Shown here piece by piece: positions 24,561 through 38,770 of a DNA stretch of 64,000 bases. Every line of letters starts with the position of its first letter. Position 1 is the first letter of the stretch. This stretch comes from the human T2T-CHM13v2.0 reference genome, Homo sapiens. The stretch lies in NCBI RefSeq assembly GCF_009914755.1, contig NC_060929.1. One strand, given 5' to 3'. Below the pieces are notes generated by a model that was not told the DNA's origin, ran no database searches, and worked only from the letters and a program-made list of their open reading frames with translations. A program made the translations under genes and the position numbers.

Positions 24561-27102
24561 GGTCTTTGGGTCTCTCATGTATACATAGCTCTGTCATGTA
24601 TTTCAGCAACTGCTGTGCTGTGTCTTCACCCAAATTAGGATGTAACTCTTCCCAACTTACAGGATAGAGCTGGCATTATTTTAAGAAGTTTGTAATTCCA
24701 TACGTGCACAGATTATTTCTAAATAACCCACGTCAACACTTAAGGGTAGCATTTTTCTATTTCTCAACCCACAGAATCAGTTGGGAAAGACATGTGGCTG
24801 TTTTCCTATAATGACTTGATCTCTTTTAAAGATGTTCCTATTCTATTTTATTAGGATTAGAAACAATCTTAGTCATTTTGGGGTCTCCCTCTGGCTCTCC
24901 CAGGGTCGCATCTCATTCTGAGGAGCTGAGGTTGTGCCCTGGCGTCAAGAGGAGAACAGCCCTCGGCGCTCCTGTACCATGCAGCAGCCTCAGAGACAAG
25001 GTCATCCCTACCCGCTCCTTGGCTGTCAGTTCATGCAGTCATCATGCAGTCTCTTGGTTTATCCCACACAGCCTGTTCCCACATGCCAGCAATGTGGAAT
25101 ATTTCCATGCCCCTCTTGGGGACCTAGGAGTTAGATAACACTCCTTCGTCCCTCTGGGCTGTGAGAAACTGCATGATATGATCTTGAACTCCTCTACCTA
25201 GATCTACACACTCAGATACCTCTTCAGCTCCAGCTCCATGCTGGCAAGGGCTGCCTTAGGGTCCTGCCAGCTGCTGGGCTCTTCAATAGGGAAGGGGGCA
25301 CAGGTACCCTGAGCTCTCAGATCATGAAACCCACTCGTCAAACAGTTTTCTCAACCTTGTTTCTGGACTCACCCTGGGTGGTGGGCAGGGCGAAGAGCCT
25401 CTTCTTTCACACCTAGCTTCATCCAATGTCTCTTTCTGAGTCCTTAACCCCAATCCAGGCATGCTGCCTCGTTCTATAATTGGAAACCTTGCTGTGCTGG
25501 GCTTTTCCATCATTATGCAATTTCTGAATTTGTGTTCTGAGTCCTTTCTGTGGCCCTTTTACTGGAAGGGTCTGAATCTCCTTTGAAACGCATAAACTAA
25601 GAATTAATTTCTTCATTGCTGGTCAACACTACCTGGCTGGAGAGAATGCTTGTAGTCTTAGTGCCTAGACAGAGAGAAGGATCAATGTGAGAGAAAAGAC
25701 TAGAAAAAAATAGATGTACTCTCATCTTACAAATATATGTTATGCTTTGAGATTAGGAAAATACATATTTATCTATAAGTGCTATTAAAGTCCTATAAGC
25801 TTATTGTTATTATGTATTTCTCAAATAATTCAAAGTAACATAAAAATAATCATCCTGAGTGAAGTCTTCAAATGTTTTGGCATTAAAAAGGGATACACCT
25901 AGTCAAAGAGTTGACAGTTATTACCATAACATATCTCAAAATCAAATAATTGTGGACGAGGGTGTTTTGCATACATGTGTATATGTGTCGTACAGAGTTT
26001 ACATCCCTTTTTCTTGTGTGGGTAATTGTATAAAGTTACATTTCAAGAGCTAAAATGCTTTTGATGATTCAAGAAAAAATGTATTAGAATAAAAAACCAA
26101 CTTGCATATTTGAACAGTTTTGTTGAAGTATAATCAGTGCATAATAAACTATGTATATATGAAATGTATACTTTGATAAGCTTTGGCACATGTATACACC
26201 TGTGAAACTATCACCATGATCAAGATAATGAACATGCATGCTTCTACTAAAAATTTCCTTATGCCCTTTGGAATTCCACCCTCACACCCCTCCCGACCTC
26301 TCCACACCTTCCTCTCCCCCATCACCAGGGAACTACTCATCTGCTTTCTGTCACCATACATTAGTTTGCACTTTCTAGAGTTTTATATGAATGAAATAAT
26401 ACAGTATATACCCTATTTTTGTAGTTTTTTTCACTCAGCATAACTTTTTTGAGCATCATAATATGAAGCCAGATTTACCCTGATACAAAACCAGAGACAT
26501 TACAATAAAGAAAACTAGAGACTAATAGCTCTCATGAATATAGATGAAATAATGCTCAATGAAATATTAACAAATTGAATCCAATATTATATATAAATAA
26601 AATAAATGTAACTCACCATAATAAAAAAGAAAATCTACATATGAAGCACCTTAAAGTTTTCTTCATATTTCTTGTGCTTGGGGTTTGTTGTGTTTCTTAG
26701 ATTTGTGAGTTTCAGTTTTAATCAAATTTGGAAAATTTTTAACCATTATTTTCTCATATTGTTTTCTGTCCTCATCCTCCTCTATTAGAATTCAAATGAC
26801 ACATAGGCTACTTTAAGTTGTTCAAGTAGAAAATCCTCTCTGATTTTTAAAAATATTTTTACTTCTGTGTTTCATTTTGCATAATTTCTATTGTTGTATC
26901 TTCAAGTTCACTAACTTTCTTTTTTGCAGTGTCTAAACTGCCATTAATTCTATTCAGTATATTTTTTATTTCAGACGTTGTAGTTTTCATCTCTTGATGT
27001 TTGTGTCTTTTTTATGTTTTCTGTGTCTCTACTTAACATATTTAATGTTACTTATAGTATTTGAATACATGGAACACAATTATAATAACCATTGACATGT
27101 CC

Positions 27103-27393
27103 TTTTTTTTTTTTTGAGATGGAGTCTCACTCTGTTGCCCAGGCTGGAGTTCAGTGGTGCAATCTCGGCTCACTGCAAGCTCTGCCTCCCGGGTTCATGC
27201 CATTCTCCTGCCTCAGCCTCCTGAGTAGCTGGGACTACAGGTGCCTGCCACCATGCCTGGCTAATTTTTGTATTTTTAGTAGAGATGGGGTTTCACCTTG
27301 TTAGCCAGGATGGTCTCGATCTCCTGACCTCATGATCCACCCACCTCAGCCTGCCAAAGTGCTGGGATTACAGGTGTGAGCCACCGCGTCCGG
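27103..27393 (-). mobile_element. AluY, full length
   Basis: gcaagctc, ttagccaggatggtctcgatctc diagnostics; TSD tgacatgt(c/t)ctt. Confidence 0.95.
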
Positions 27394-28131
27394 TGACATG
27401 TTCTTATCTAATATTTCTAGCATCTGTGTCATTTCTGAGTCAGTTTAAATTGATTTTTCTACTCCTTAAGTGCCATGTTTTTCTGCTCCTTTCCATGCCT
27501 GATAATTTGTGATCAGATATCAGACATGAATTTTACCACCTTGGTTGATAGATATTTTTATATTCTATATGTATTTTTGAACTTTACTTTGAGATGAAGT
27601 TATCTGGACACAGTTTGATCCTTTAAGGTCTTGCTTTAATTTTTTTTTAGGTTAGACTAGAGAAGCATTTTGTCTAGGACTAATACTTCACCACTTAGGT
27701 AAAATCCTTCCTAGTGCTGTAACCAATGCCCCATGAAATATGAGATTTTCCAGTGTGTCTAATTATAATAGGCATTGTTCCCACTAATTTTTTGAATGGT
27801 TCTTTCCCCAGACTTGTGTAGTTTCTTCACACACATACCCTGATTAATATTCTGCTAAATACTTAAAGAGACCTTCTACAGATCCCTGGAGTTTTCTCTG
27901 GGCAGTTTTCTCCTGTGTTGTATTGTGCCCTGCAAACTCTAGCTGCCTTCATCTCCATAGGCTCTTGGCTTTATCTCCTCAACTCAGGGAGTCCTCTAGG
28001 CTCTGCCTTGTTCTCCCCACAACTATGTCATATCCTGGAAATGCTCTCGAGGCAATAGGGTGAGGAAATATAGAGCTAGACCCCTGTGTTTTCAGTCTTG
28101 CAGGGGTCACTGTCATTTATTGCGCGGTGTC

Positions 28132-28498
28132 TTCTATGATTTGAATGTTTGTGCTCCTCCAAAATTCATGTTGAAACTTAATCCTCAGTGCAATAGTATT
28201 AAGCGGTGGAGTTTTTAGGAGATGATTAGGTCATAAGAACTCTTATGAATGGGATGAATTCCCTTATAAAAGGGCTTGAGGAAGTCTTTTGGGTCCTTTT
28301 TGCCCTCTTCCATGTGAGAACGCAGTAAGAGGCACCATCTATGAAGCAGAGAGTGAGCCTTCAGCAGACACCAGATCTGCTGGCACCTAAGGGATATTGG
28401 ACTTCCCAGCCTCCAGAACTGTGAGAAATAAATTTCTAATATTCATAAATTACCCAGTCTAAGGCATTTTATTATAGTAGCAGAAAAAGACTGAGACA
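28132..28498 (+). mobile_element. MSTD/MLT1A-like solo LTR
   Basis: Full LTR to ...gactgagaca; ~5-bp TSD gtgtc/gtgtg. Confidence 0.88.
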
Positions 28499-30179
28499 GT
28501 GTGCAATGTCTTAAAAGCCATTGTTTCATATATTTTGTCCAGTTTTGTAGTTGTTCCAGGCAAGAAGGTTAATCTGGTCCCCTTCCCCGCCTCATGGCCA
28601 GGAGTAAAAGTCTATTCATGCATATTTTATTCTTTGGATTCCTATTCTATCTGGATTACTGTTCAACTCTTGGGTTATGTTGAGTTGTAAAGCCCCTGAT
28701 GGTCAGAGTGAGTTCACAATGTTCATAAATACTTCAAAAGTGAGAAAAGAGGACACATCAGGCCTTTTACTTTAACTACTTGTTTTAATCATTTTAGCAT
28801 TTTAAAAGCATTTCCAAAGTACAATGATTGCATGGGGCCCTGAGGGAGATATAGTTCCAGGCCAATGAATGTTCTAATGAAGTTTTATCCTGAGAAGGAG
28901 ACAGATTTCTGATCTTAGAATTTACTTTAATAATACAAACTAAACTAGTTTTAAAAGTTTTTAAATGACATAAGGACTACAGAACCACTGTAAAAACCTT
29001 GAAATAAGTGGAAGTTAATAAAATTAAAAGTGAAAACTTTTTCTCTGACGCCTGCTAAATCTTACTGCCCAAACAAAAATCATTATGATAAAATCCTTGA
29101 AACATTTTTCTATCATTACTGAACTGTGGAAGTGAGAATTTACAGGTGCGTTCTGTTTTTAAAGACCATTGGCTCTTCAATAAACTTGGTGTGTAAGAGA
29201 GAAATCATCCCCTGTCCCCCTCACTACTCTGCTGTCTGCTCCATTGCATGAAACTTCTATCCTAATCAGTGAGTACTCAGGCACCAGGTTCTTCCGCCTA
29301 GGACGGGGGGACCTCCAGAATGTCCGTTTCTCATCTTAAGCACTGCACAATGGTGGTAGTGGAGACAATCTTGTATACAGAATACTAGATTGATTCAGTG
29401 GCATTGCGTGCTTCAGTTTACCTCATCTTCTTTTCAGATAGGCTTGGAGCTAACTAGAAAAAGCTTGAAAAGTTCTTTGGAAGTGGAAACCGTTTCAGAA
29501 GACCTGGAGTCTTTCTCATCATGGTAGTCTGCAGACCCAATCAATCTATGAGAAACCCAGCAGTTCCACCTCACTGCTGCACACTGATTCCATTACCCAG
29601 GGCTTCTGGAGGTCTTCATTCATCAAGGCCTGTCTGCTCTCACTGAGTGCGCTACTTTACCCCAATGTTATCACAGACAACCAGGACTATATTAAACTTG
29701 TCAAAGTAAGAGTCTTTTAGAGGGATGGAACATCCTGAACTTTTTTTTCAAATGGAGACATTTTCCTGTTTCTTGAGTGTGTTAAGAGGGACAGGGGTCC
29801 CCCACCTTTAGTTTTTGGCCATAACAGAAAAAAAATTTTGATAAAGATCAGATATTATTATTACCATTTAAATATTTACCTATGAAATTTAGTGAGTGGC
29901 AATGAAACTTCTTGGCATTTAATTTTTTTGATGTTCTGCCATTGGGAACTTATCTTTGCAACACTTTTTGTTAAGAGATGTCATGATTCTGGGTTGGAGG
30001 AAGATAGGAATATCTAAAATGCTATGTCATGGTTCAATTGTACAGAAAAAAATAAGGTAAACATGAAAAGAAAATCCATTTGACCATGGTGTTTGTGGCT
30101 ATTTCCTTCTGGCATCTCAAGGGTTGCGATGTAAGGTACTTAAATCAACAGCCAGTGGATGACTTTTTCCTTCACACTC

Positions 30180-30480
30180 CAGAGTGAGTCTCTGCTCAGA
30201 AACTCTGACCACTCAATCTGAAATTCTCCTCGTCTGTTACTGTCTAAATTCCTACCTTGCTTTATTTTCCTTTGTGGTACTTATCCCCACCTCAAGTTAT
30301 GTGTGTTCATGTGTTTGCTGTCTGCCTCCCTACTAGAGTGTCAGCTCTACAGGGCAAAGATATCAGCTGTCTTCTTCATTATGCTGTATCTCTAGTGGCT
30401 AGAACAGTGCCTGGCAGGTGGCAGCACTCAGTGAGTAACTGTTGAATAAATAAATAAATAAGTCAATAAGTGGATGAATG
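30180..30480 (+). mobile_element. L2 3' end
   Basis: ctagagtgtcagctct.cagggca...tagaacagtgcctggca...tgttgaataaataaat. Confidence 0.75.
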
Positions 30481-30741
30481 ACTTCTAGAGAAGACAATTT
30501 AATTTTAGTACACTACTTTGGCCAACACGAATAATATTAATATAATCATGTTAAGGTAAATGTTGTAGAGCGAATTGAAGTTGGAATGGGAAGTGCAAAA
30601 GCAAAGCCTGGGGAAAGAGAAGACTATTAACAGCCTCAACTTACAAAGTGGGTAGTTGAGATGTAAATGAGAAGAGATGAGACAAGAAAAAGAGGTTTAA
30701 GTCAGTTATTTAAAGTTGTAAAAGTGCTCCATTGATAAAAT

Positions 30742-30768
30742 ACACACACACACACACACACACACACA
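30742..30768. repeat. (AC)13 microsatellite
   Basis: Direct. Confidence 0.95.
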
Positions 30769-31079
30769 ATCAAACTTTGGGAGGCAGAGAGGGACAGCAA
30801 AAGGGTAGTAGAATTGAGACACATGTTCATCTTTTATATTAGGGTTAAGAGATATTATTTAGAGTTGATAAAGCAAGGAAAAAGGACTAAACATATGTTC
30901 TGGAGTAGTCAAGGCAATGAGCTAAATAACTTTAAATGGAAACAGTGAACATACATCACATCGGTATCTAAACATGTTGCTCCTCTCCCATCTTAAAGCA
31001 AATTGCATTTGGCCTCTGATCCCCACTTAGCTTCTGTCCTATATCTCTGATCCTCTATAAAACAAAACTCAAAACTCCC

Positions 31080-31442
31080 TGATATGATTTGGCTCTGTGT
31101 CCCCACCCAAATCTCATCTTGAATTGTAATCCAAATTGTAATCTCCAGGTGTAGTGGGAGGTGATTGGAGCATGGGGGCGGTTTTCTCCTTGCTATCCTC
31201 ATGATAGTGAGTAAGTCTCCCGAGATCTGATGGTTTTATAAAGGACTGTTTCCCCTGAGCTCTTCTCTCTCCTGTCACCTTGTGAAGAAAGTGCTTGCTT
31301 CTCCTTCACCTTCCGGCATGATTCTAAGTTTGCTGAGGCCTCCCCAGCCATGTGGAATTGTTTGTCAATTAACCCTCTTTTCTTTATAAATTACCCAGTC
31401 TCAGGGAAGCTCTTTATAACAGTGTGAAAATGGACTAATACA
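31080..31442 (+). mobile_element. THE1 (D-like)/MSTA solo LTR
   Basis: tgatatgatttggctctgtgtccccacccaaatctc...tggactaataca; TSD ctccc/ctcct. Confidence 0.92.
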
Positions 31443-32123
31443 CTCCTAATATCTACTTTCGCTTCTCATATTCCCTTTTAGCCCCTCCAATCAGGCTTTT
31501 GCACCTCATTACACCACCAAAATCACTTTGTCCATTTCGCCCTTGGCCTCAATGTTGCTAACTCCATCCATCAATGCTCAGTCCTTGTCTGTTAGGCTGC
31601 AAGCAGCACTTTCCCCAGCTGACCACTCCCCCAGAAACACTTTCCCTCTTGGTCTCCTCTTCTGAAGTTCTGCCTCCACCATTGGGTGACTCTTTTAGTC
31701 TCCGGAAGAATGTCCCATGACTTAAAGCCTAGCCTCTTCTCCTTTTCTAAGTATACTCGGGACCTGGTTTTCTCAAGCTCATAGCTTCAGTACTATTCAT
31801 AGCCTCTCTCCTGTACTAATGGTTTCTATGTCCAACTGCCTGCCTGATGTGTCTCCTTAACACCAAAACTGAGTTCCTGATTTTTCCTGAATCCTTTTCC
31901 CATGCTTGTTGCCATTTTAGTAAATACAACTTCATCCCTCTAGCTGCTCAGACCAAAAACCTTGGAGTCATCCTTAATTCCCTGTTTTTTTTCCCCAACT
32001 CACTTATAATCTAAGTCTAAATCCTGTCAGCTATACTTTCAAAATATATGCCAAATACGACACCTTTTCACCATCTTCACCAGTCTGGTCTAAATGGTCT
32101 AGTCACCATCATCTCTCACCTAT

Positions 32124-32665
32124 TGTAGAAGCCGGCTTGCAAGATGGCCTCCAAAGGTCCTTATTTCCTGGCATTCATGCTCTTCTATAATTTCTTCCCA
32201 TGCCCAATCTGAGCTGGTCTGTGGGGCCAATAGAATATGGAAGTGATGGTGTGTGACTTCCGAGGTTAGGTCATAAAAGATATAAGCTCTTCTGCCTTGC
32301 ACTTTTGAATCACTCATGCTGTGGAAGCCAGCCACCATGTTGTGAGAACATTCTAGCAGTCCCGTGGAGAGATCCACGTGGCAAGAAACAGAAACTTCCC
32401 AGTCAACACCAGCACTGATTTGTCAGTCATAAGTGAGCGATTTTGGAGGCAAATCCTCCAACCCTGGTAAAGTCTGTTTCTTCTGAGAGTGTAACATCAT
32501 AAGGTTACGTATTTCAACCTTATGAAATACCCAAGCCGGATCCGTTAAGCTAAGCCACTCCAAAATTCCTGACCCATAGTAACTGGAAGACATAATAAAT
32601 GTATATTATTGTTTCAAGCTGCTAAATTTTGGAAAACCTTGCTTCCCAGCAATGGATGCTGACAC
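32124..32665 (+). mobile_element. MLT1F-like LTR
   Basis: aagatggcctccaa...gtgacttccgaggttaggtcataaaag...aattcctgaccca. Confidence 0.8.
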
Positions 32666-32744
32666 TAATTGCTCTAAACTAATCTTCCTATAGTTTATTC
32701 TCCATCCAGCAGCCAGACTGATACTTTCAAATGCAGGTCATACC

Positions 32745-33670
32745 ATAAAATGGAAAATACACTGGATGGGGTTATTGGCAGATTAGATATTGCAGGAGAA
32801 AAGATGAATGAACTTGAAGGCACAACAATAAATTGGGCAAAATGAAACATACAGAAAAATAAAACTGAAAAAAAAGTCAATAGAGCATCAGTGAACTGTG
32901 AGCCACCTCAAGAGGCTCTTGGTGTTGGAGTGTCTGAAAAAGAAGGAGGGACATAAATAATATTTGAAGAAATAAGTTTGTCATATGTGACAAAAACTGG
33001 AAACCAACAGATCCAAAGTCCAGTGAACCCCAAGCACAGGAAACATGAAGAAAATGACACCGTGTTGCTGCAAGTTGCTTAAATTCAGTGTAAAAGAGAA
33101 AATGTTAAAAAGCAACCAGAAAAAAATGGAAACAGTAAGTACACTGGACTTTCAATGAGATTCTTGTTGAAAAAAAATAAGCAAAAGACTTTCCCAGACA
33201 TTAAAAGGTAGAGTTCATCACCAGCAGATGTGTACCACAAAAAAATGCGGAAGGAAGTTCTTCAGGCGGTAAAATGATAGAAGGTGGAAACCTAGATCAA
33301 CATAAAGGATTGATGAGCAGCAAATGTGGTAATTACATGTGTAAAAACTAAAGATTCTTTTTCTTATTATTTAAGTCTTTTAGAAGATAATGGAGCATTT
33401 ACAGAAAAATTATAATAACAAGTTATTCTGTTTATGACACCTGGAAAAGTAAAATGTCTAATATTAGTAGCATAAAGGTCAGGAGGAGAGAAATGGAAGT
33501 ATACTTTTGTAAGTATACACTGTATGTGACATAGTATAATATCACTTGAAGGTAGACTATGATACATTTATTGTAAATGTATGACCATCACAAATAGTTA
33601 AAAACAGAGTCAGAGCTAATAATCCAGCAAGAGGGCTAAAAGAGGATCATAAAAAACTACTCAATGAATG
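32745..33670 (+). mobile_element. L1MD/ME ORF1-region fragment
   Basis: gcagattagatattgcaggagaaaagatgaatgaacttgaag...atatttgaagaaataa. Confidence 0.7.
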
Positions 33671-34746
33671 TTAAAAAAGGCAGGTGACACCTTGGACTTG
33701 TGATTTCTAAGTGGAAAGGTTCTGCGTGCTGCGTCAGGGCTCCAGGCCTTCTCTGTAAGTGATGATGAGAGGCTGGGCAGTGCGGGAGGATGCTGGGCAG
33801 TGGCAGCCACGGCTGAGCCTCGAGGTATCTGGGCAGGCAGAGTGGCAGGAAGAGAGAGGCACTGTCTGGGGTGCTCAGAGGCTAGGCCGGCTGCCCATTC
33901 ATCCACAGGGCTGCCCTGCTGCAGGGAGATGCACCCAGGGGGCTCATGCCGGCAGCTGTTGACTGGGGCTGTTCCAGGGCCTTGGGAGCAGAGCAGGGGG
34001 CCCTGCTGACACAGACCCTGTAGAACAGTAAATCCTGCAGGCACAGGACTTCAGGAGAAAGGCTGCCAGCAGAACGGAACTCCAGTTCGTAGAAGGTTGC
34101 ATAGAACTTGTCCTGTCCTCGGCTTGCTAAAAATCCTCTCCTCTTCTCTTCGTCCTGGCAGACACTTCTGTAACTCCAGTACAAGCCTGTGGATGGTGAA
34201 GGGAAAAGCACCCTGCCCTACGGAACAGCCTCTTAGCCCTCTCGCCACAGAACTTATTTGTGTGGTCCCACCCCCCATTTAACACTCCCAGGACAGGGGC
34301 CCCAGGCCCAGTGGCTTCACCCTGTTTCCCTGACTTGAAGCTGGTTCACAGGTCAGGGGCTGGAACCTTCCCTCAACCACCCCCTTTGAGTCACTGTGGG
34401 AGGCAACCTTTCTCCTTGGGGACCCTCTTTTCCTGCTGTCCTCCTCATGGATCCCAGCAGGTCTCCACCCCTAGCCTCTCTGGAATCCATTTCCTCTTGA
34501 GTGGAGGCCATGATGAGGTGGGCAGGGTTGGGGTGGAGGGTATCTGCAAGCCTGACTTCCTCCCAGCCCACTCCCAGCCTGGGCTCTCTCCTCTTTGGGC
34601 CCTGAGTGCCTGCTCACCACTTGCCCTGCAGGCGAAGCCCACCTAGCTGGATGTGTGCACATCCAGGAAGTGGGGGTGAAAGCCACCTTGCTGCTATATA
34701 GGAAACAGAGTGCTCGCAGCCATGGAGTCACATGCTGGAAAGGGAG

Positions 34747-34972
34747 TGCTGTGGACTGCATGTTTGCATCCCTTCAAAATCCATATGCTGGAACCTAATT
34801 CCTAAGGTGACAGTATTAGGAGGTGGGGACTTTGGGAGGTCATAAGGATGGAGCCCTTAGGAATGGTATTAGTACCCTTATAAGAAAAGATGACAAAGAG
34901 ATGATCTCTCTCTGCCATCTGAGGGCACACAAGCAGGTGGCTGTCTCCTAACCATAAAGAGGGCCCTCCCCA
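34747..34972 (+). mobile_element. MLT1A-like LTR, 3'-truncated
   Basis: tgctgtggactg...gtattaggaggtggggactttgggagg. Confidence 0.8.
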
Positions 34973-34995
34973 AAAACTCCGTCTCAAAAAAAAAA

Positions 34996-35732
<737 letters not shown>

Positions 35733-35779
35733 TGAGCTCATTCCTTTCTAAAGAAATTTCCTCAAAGTTGCTATCAGAT

Positions 35780-36279
35780 TCACTGCCCTCATTCTCTCCC
35801 TCCTCCTCCCCCTCCACTAAGAACTCCAATTTTGTTGATGATGGTTCAAAGGTAATCAGGGCAATCCTATCCTCCTTTGTCACTGATTGGTCTGGGGGCA
35901 GGTGTGCTTCCCAAATCTGATCAATGAGATGTGAGAAGTCTGTTAGAAGACTTCAGGAATTTTTTTTTTCTCCCTAATAACAAGATGGAGTCCAGGCCTC
36001 ATAAAAGAGAGGGCCTTTTGTTCCATGCATTTCCTTCACGCTTAGGCTGCTGCAAGTGAGCATGTGGTATTTGAGGCTGCAACAGGCACCTCGTGACCAT
36101 GAAGGACGGCCTGTGTTCAGATGGGAAGTCCTGAGACCTTAGCATCATAGGTCTACCTCTGTACAGCCCTGCCTGCCTCTGGGCTTCTTGCAAAGTGACC
36201 TTATAAGGGTCTATATTATTCTAACCACCCTCCATTTGATAATCCATTACTTGTAGCTGGAAGTATTCTAACTGCTGCA
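35780..36279 (+). mobile_element. MLT1K-like LTR
   Basis: cactgattggtctggggg...caatgagatgtgag...tgaccatgaagg...ttacttgtagctggaagtattctaactg. Confidence 0.6.
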
Positions 36280-36584
36280 CAGGGTATCCAGGCTAATATG
36301 ACCATGCCTGCCTCTAACCCTTTAAAATCCATTCTATATAGGTAGCAAAATTCTCTTTCTGCAATAAGACCTCAATCACATCACTTCCCTTATCCAGAGT
36401 TGGCGGCAGCTCCTAATGGTCTATCAATTTGAGTCCCAGCTTCTCAGCAGGTCTGGCTTGAATGGAGGACCTCTCAGCTGGAGCCCGCAGTGAATGAAGT
36501 CACAGTGAGCATTTCTAAGAGGCCTTAGAGGTCCACATAGGTACTTGTTACACTGAGCATAAGTAGCTGCCACCATGACCCAGA

Positions 36585-36767
36585 TAAATCGTTTTCAACT
36601 CATCATCACAATCCCTTAGGGGGCTTGTTATGAATAGATGGTTGGTCCTCACTGTCAAAGATTCTGATTCAGTACATCTGGGGAACAGCCCAATAATTTG
36701 CATTTCTGACAAGCTCCCAGGGGATGCTGATCTGCTGGTCCAGGGACCACCCTTTGAGAACCACTGG
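36585..36767 (-). mobile_element. MER5A DNA transposon
   Basis: agattctgattcagta...tttgcatttctgacaagctcccaggggatgctg...tttgagaaccactg. Confidence 0.8.
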
Positions 36768-36894
36768 CTCCCTGAATTTCTCCCCTCCACCCTGCTGCCA
36801 CCAGGGGCCCTCAGCATTCAGTAGGAACTGCACTTACATTCATTGTCAACCCACAGCAGGAATGAAGGCTAAGTGCCGAGGGGAGGGGCTAAAG

Positions 36895-37410
36895 AAAGAG
36901 AAGTACTTATGGAGTACCTACCACATTCCAGGAACTATATGGGCAAGCGATTTGATGGTGAGCACAGGCAGATATTGCTCCTGCGCTCATGGAGCTCACA
37001 GACGAGTGACTAGACAAACAGCAAGTGAACAATTAAGGAAAACATGCTCAGATGTTTTAGGATCTGTGTAAGAAACACAGGGGGCTGCCTTACACAGGAG
37101 ACCATGGAAACCCTCTCTGAGCAGGTGACTCTTAAGTTGAGAGAAGCCAAAGCGATGGGGAGAGGGAGCAATTCACAACAAACTAGGAAGAAGAAACAAG
37201 ATGTTCAAAGGCCCTGAGGTGGGGACGAGCTGAGTATGGCCAAAGCTCAGAAAGTCAGATCGGCTGGGGATGGGGGAGCAAGGGGAAGCGGCATGAGATG
37301 CAACCGGCGAGTAGGCAAAGAGAAGCAGCATAGACGGGGATTCATAAAACACACCACAAAAGCCCTGCCAAGCACATGCTGTCTCTCCACTGAATGTCAG
37401 CGCTATGGCA
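36895..37410 (-). mobile_element. L2 fragment
   Basis: gagtacctacc...ctcatggagctcacag...caaaggccctgaggtggg. Confidence 0.65.
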
Positions 37411-38399
37411 GAGAATCCTCTATTCTGCCATGGGGCCCAGGACACACACCATCAGCATGAGGTGCCCTCTTCCTGGAGTCAGATACCAGACATGCCACTC
37501 AGAGGCCCGGGAGGACGGTCCTGGTCCCACCCAGGATGTGGAGAGAAAGCAACTGGTTGTGGCAGAAATAACATGGAATCTGGGAAAGAAGAGCTGGGTC
37601 CAATCCTGGTTTTTGTAGCTGCAGCCAAGTCCCTTGTCCCCCCTTGAGCCTGATGGCCTCTCTGGAGAACGTGGATTAGAATGCCATGTTTGTCACCTCA
37701 TGTGTACAGGCTCTTTGCATCTGTAAAGGATTATTTTGCCAGTGCCTGTTCATCTATTTCAATATTCTAATGAAAAATTCACAACCAAACCATCTGGCCA
37801 CCCCAACCTACTATGTGCAATACATGCTGTATTCTTCTGGTGCTCAAAGGGGCATGGGGACACTTGGCCCATTTGAAGAAGGCAGGAGGACTTGGAAAAA
37901 GTCTCCCGGAATCACATTTTCACTGGCCTGGAAAAATGTCCCTGAATATTTTCTGATGGAGGCCTTGGAAGCTCCCTAGAGTTGAACAGGAATAGTCCGC
38001 GGCAGACCCACGTGTCTTGTTGCTTCTGAACCTTTGGAAAAATTAGGAGCAGGTTCTCCTGGCCAAGAAGGAATGCTTTATGATGTGCTGACACCTCGAG
38101 GAGATGTCACAGGGAGCGCCAAGTGCCATCTCCGAAGCATGTGAGTTTATGGCTTTCTCTTTTTCACGCTCCGGGAATGCAGACTCCTCCTATGCCTGCT
38201 GCTTAGAACAAAAAGGAAATCTGTGAAGAGTCACCTTTGCCCAGGCTCAGGCCATGCCCAGGCCCATTCCTTGAGATTTTGGCATTCAAAGGAAAGAGCA
38301 AGTCCTCTCCTGGCTGCACACGCTGCTTCCCTCCAGCACTGCTGCGGCTCCAATAAAGGGGCACCGTGGGCGTTCCCTGTTGAAGGACACGTCAGAGCT

Positions 38400-38770
38400 C
38401 ATGAGCAGAGCCAACTCAGGCCTGGGTTCCAATTCTGGCTCTGTCACTGTGAGCTATGTGACCTCGGCAAACCGCCTTGTTTTCTCTAACCTTGAAATAG
38501 GGTGAATGGAGCATACCCTCTAGAGTAGCAATCAGATAGCTACTAGTAGATGGTTATTGACTGAGGTAGCTGTTATTGATTGAGAGCTTCAGCCACTGTG
38601 CTAAACTACTCCTGTGAATTATTTAATTCAGTATTCACAAGATTCCTATGACATAGGCACTGTTTTACAGAAGAGCAAATGAGGCTCAGAGCCATTAGGA
38701 AAGTGGCCCAAGGTCACACAGCTGGCAGGATTCAAATCCACCAGACTGCAGGGCTGACCATTGTACTGAG
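38400..38770. mobile_element. Two MIR elements in opposite orientation
   Basis: cctgggttccaattctggctctgtcact..ctatgtgacct (+); tttacagaagagcaaatgaggctcagag..cccaaggtcacacagct (-). Confidence 0.7.

Larger units (their letters stand above)
26110..28612 (-). mobile_element. L1MD-like element: 3' end, inverted ORF2 piece, ORF1/5' end; interrupted by AluY and an MST LTR
   Basis: 3' UTR at 26110-26455 (-); ORF2 piece resembling YEAS.TLIPKP...ENYRPISLMNID at 26463-26590 (+); 5' end ttcatatattttgtccagtttt...ggagtaaaagtc at 28520-28612 (-). Confidence 0.7.
30975..32742 (+). mobile_element. L2 LINE (RT region to 3'), interrupted by THE1 and MLT1F
   Basis: cctccaatcaggctttt (PLQSGF)...ctgctcagaccaaaaaccttggagtcatcctt; resumes after the MLT1F. 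Confidence 0.7.
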
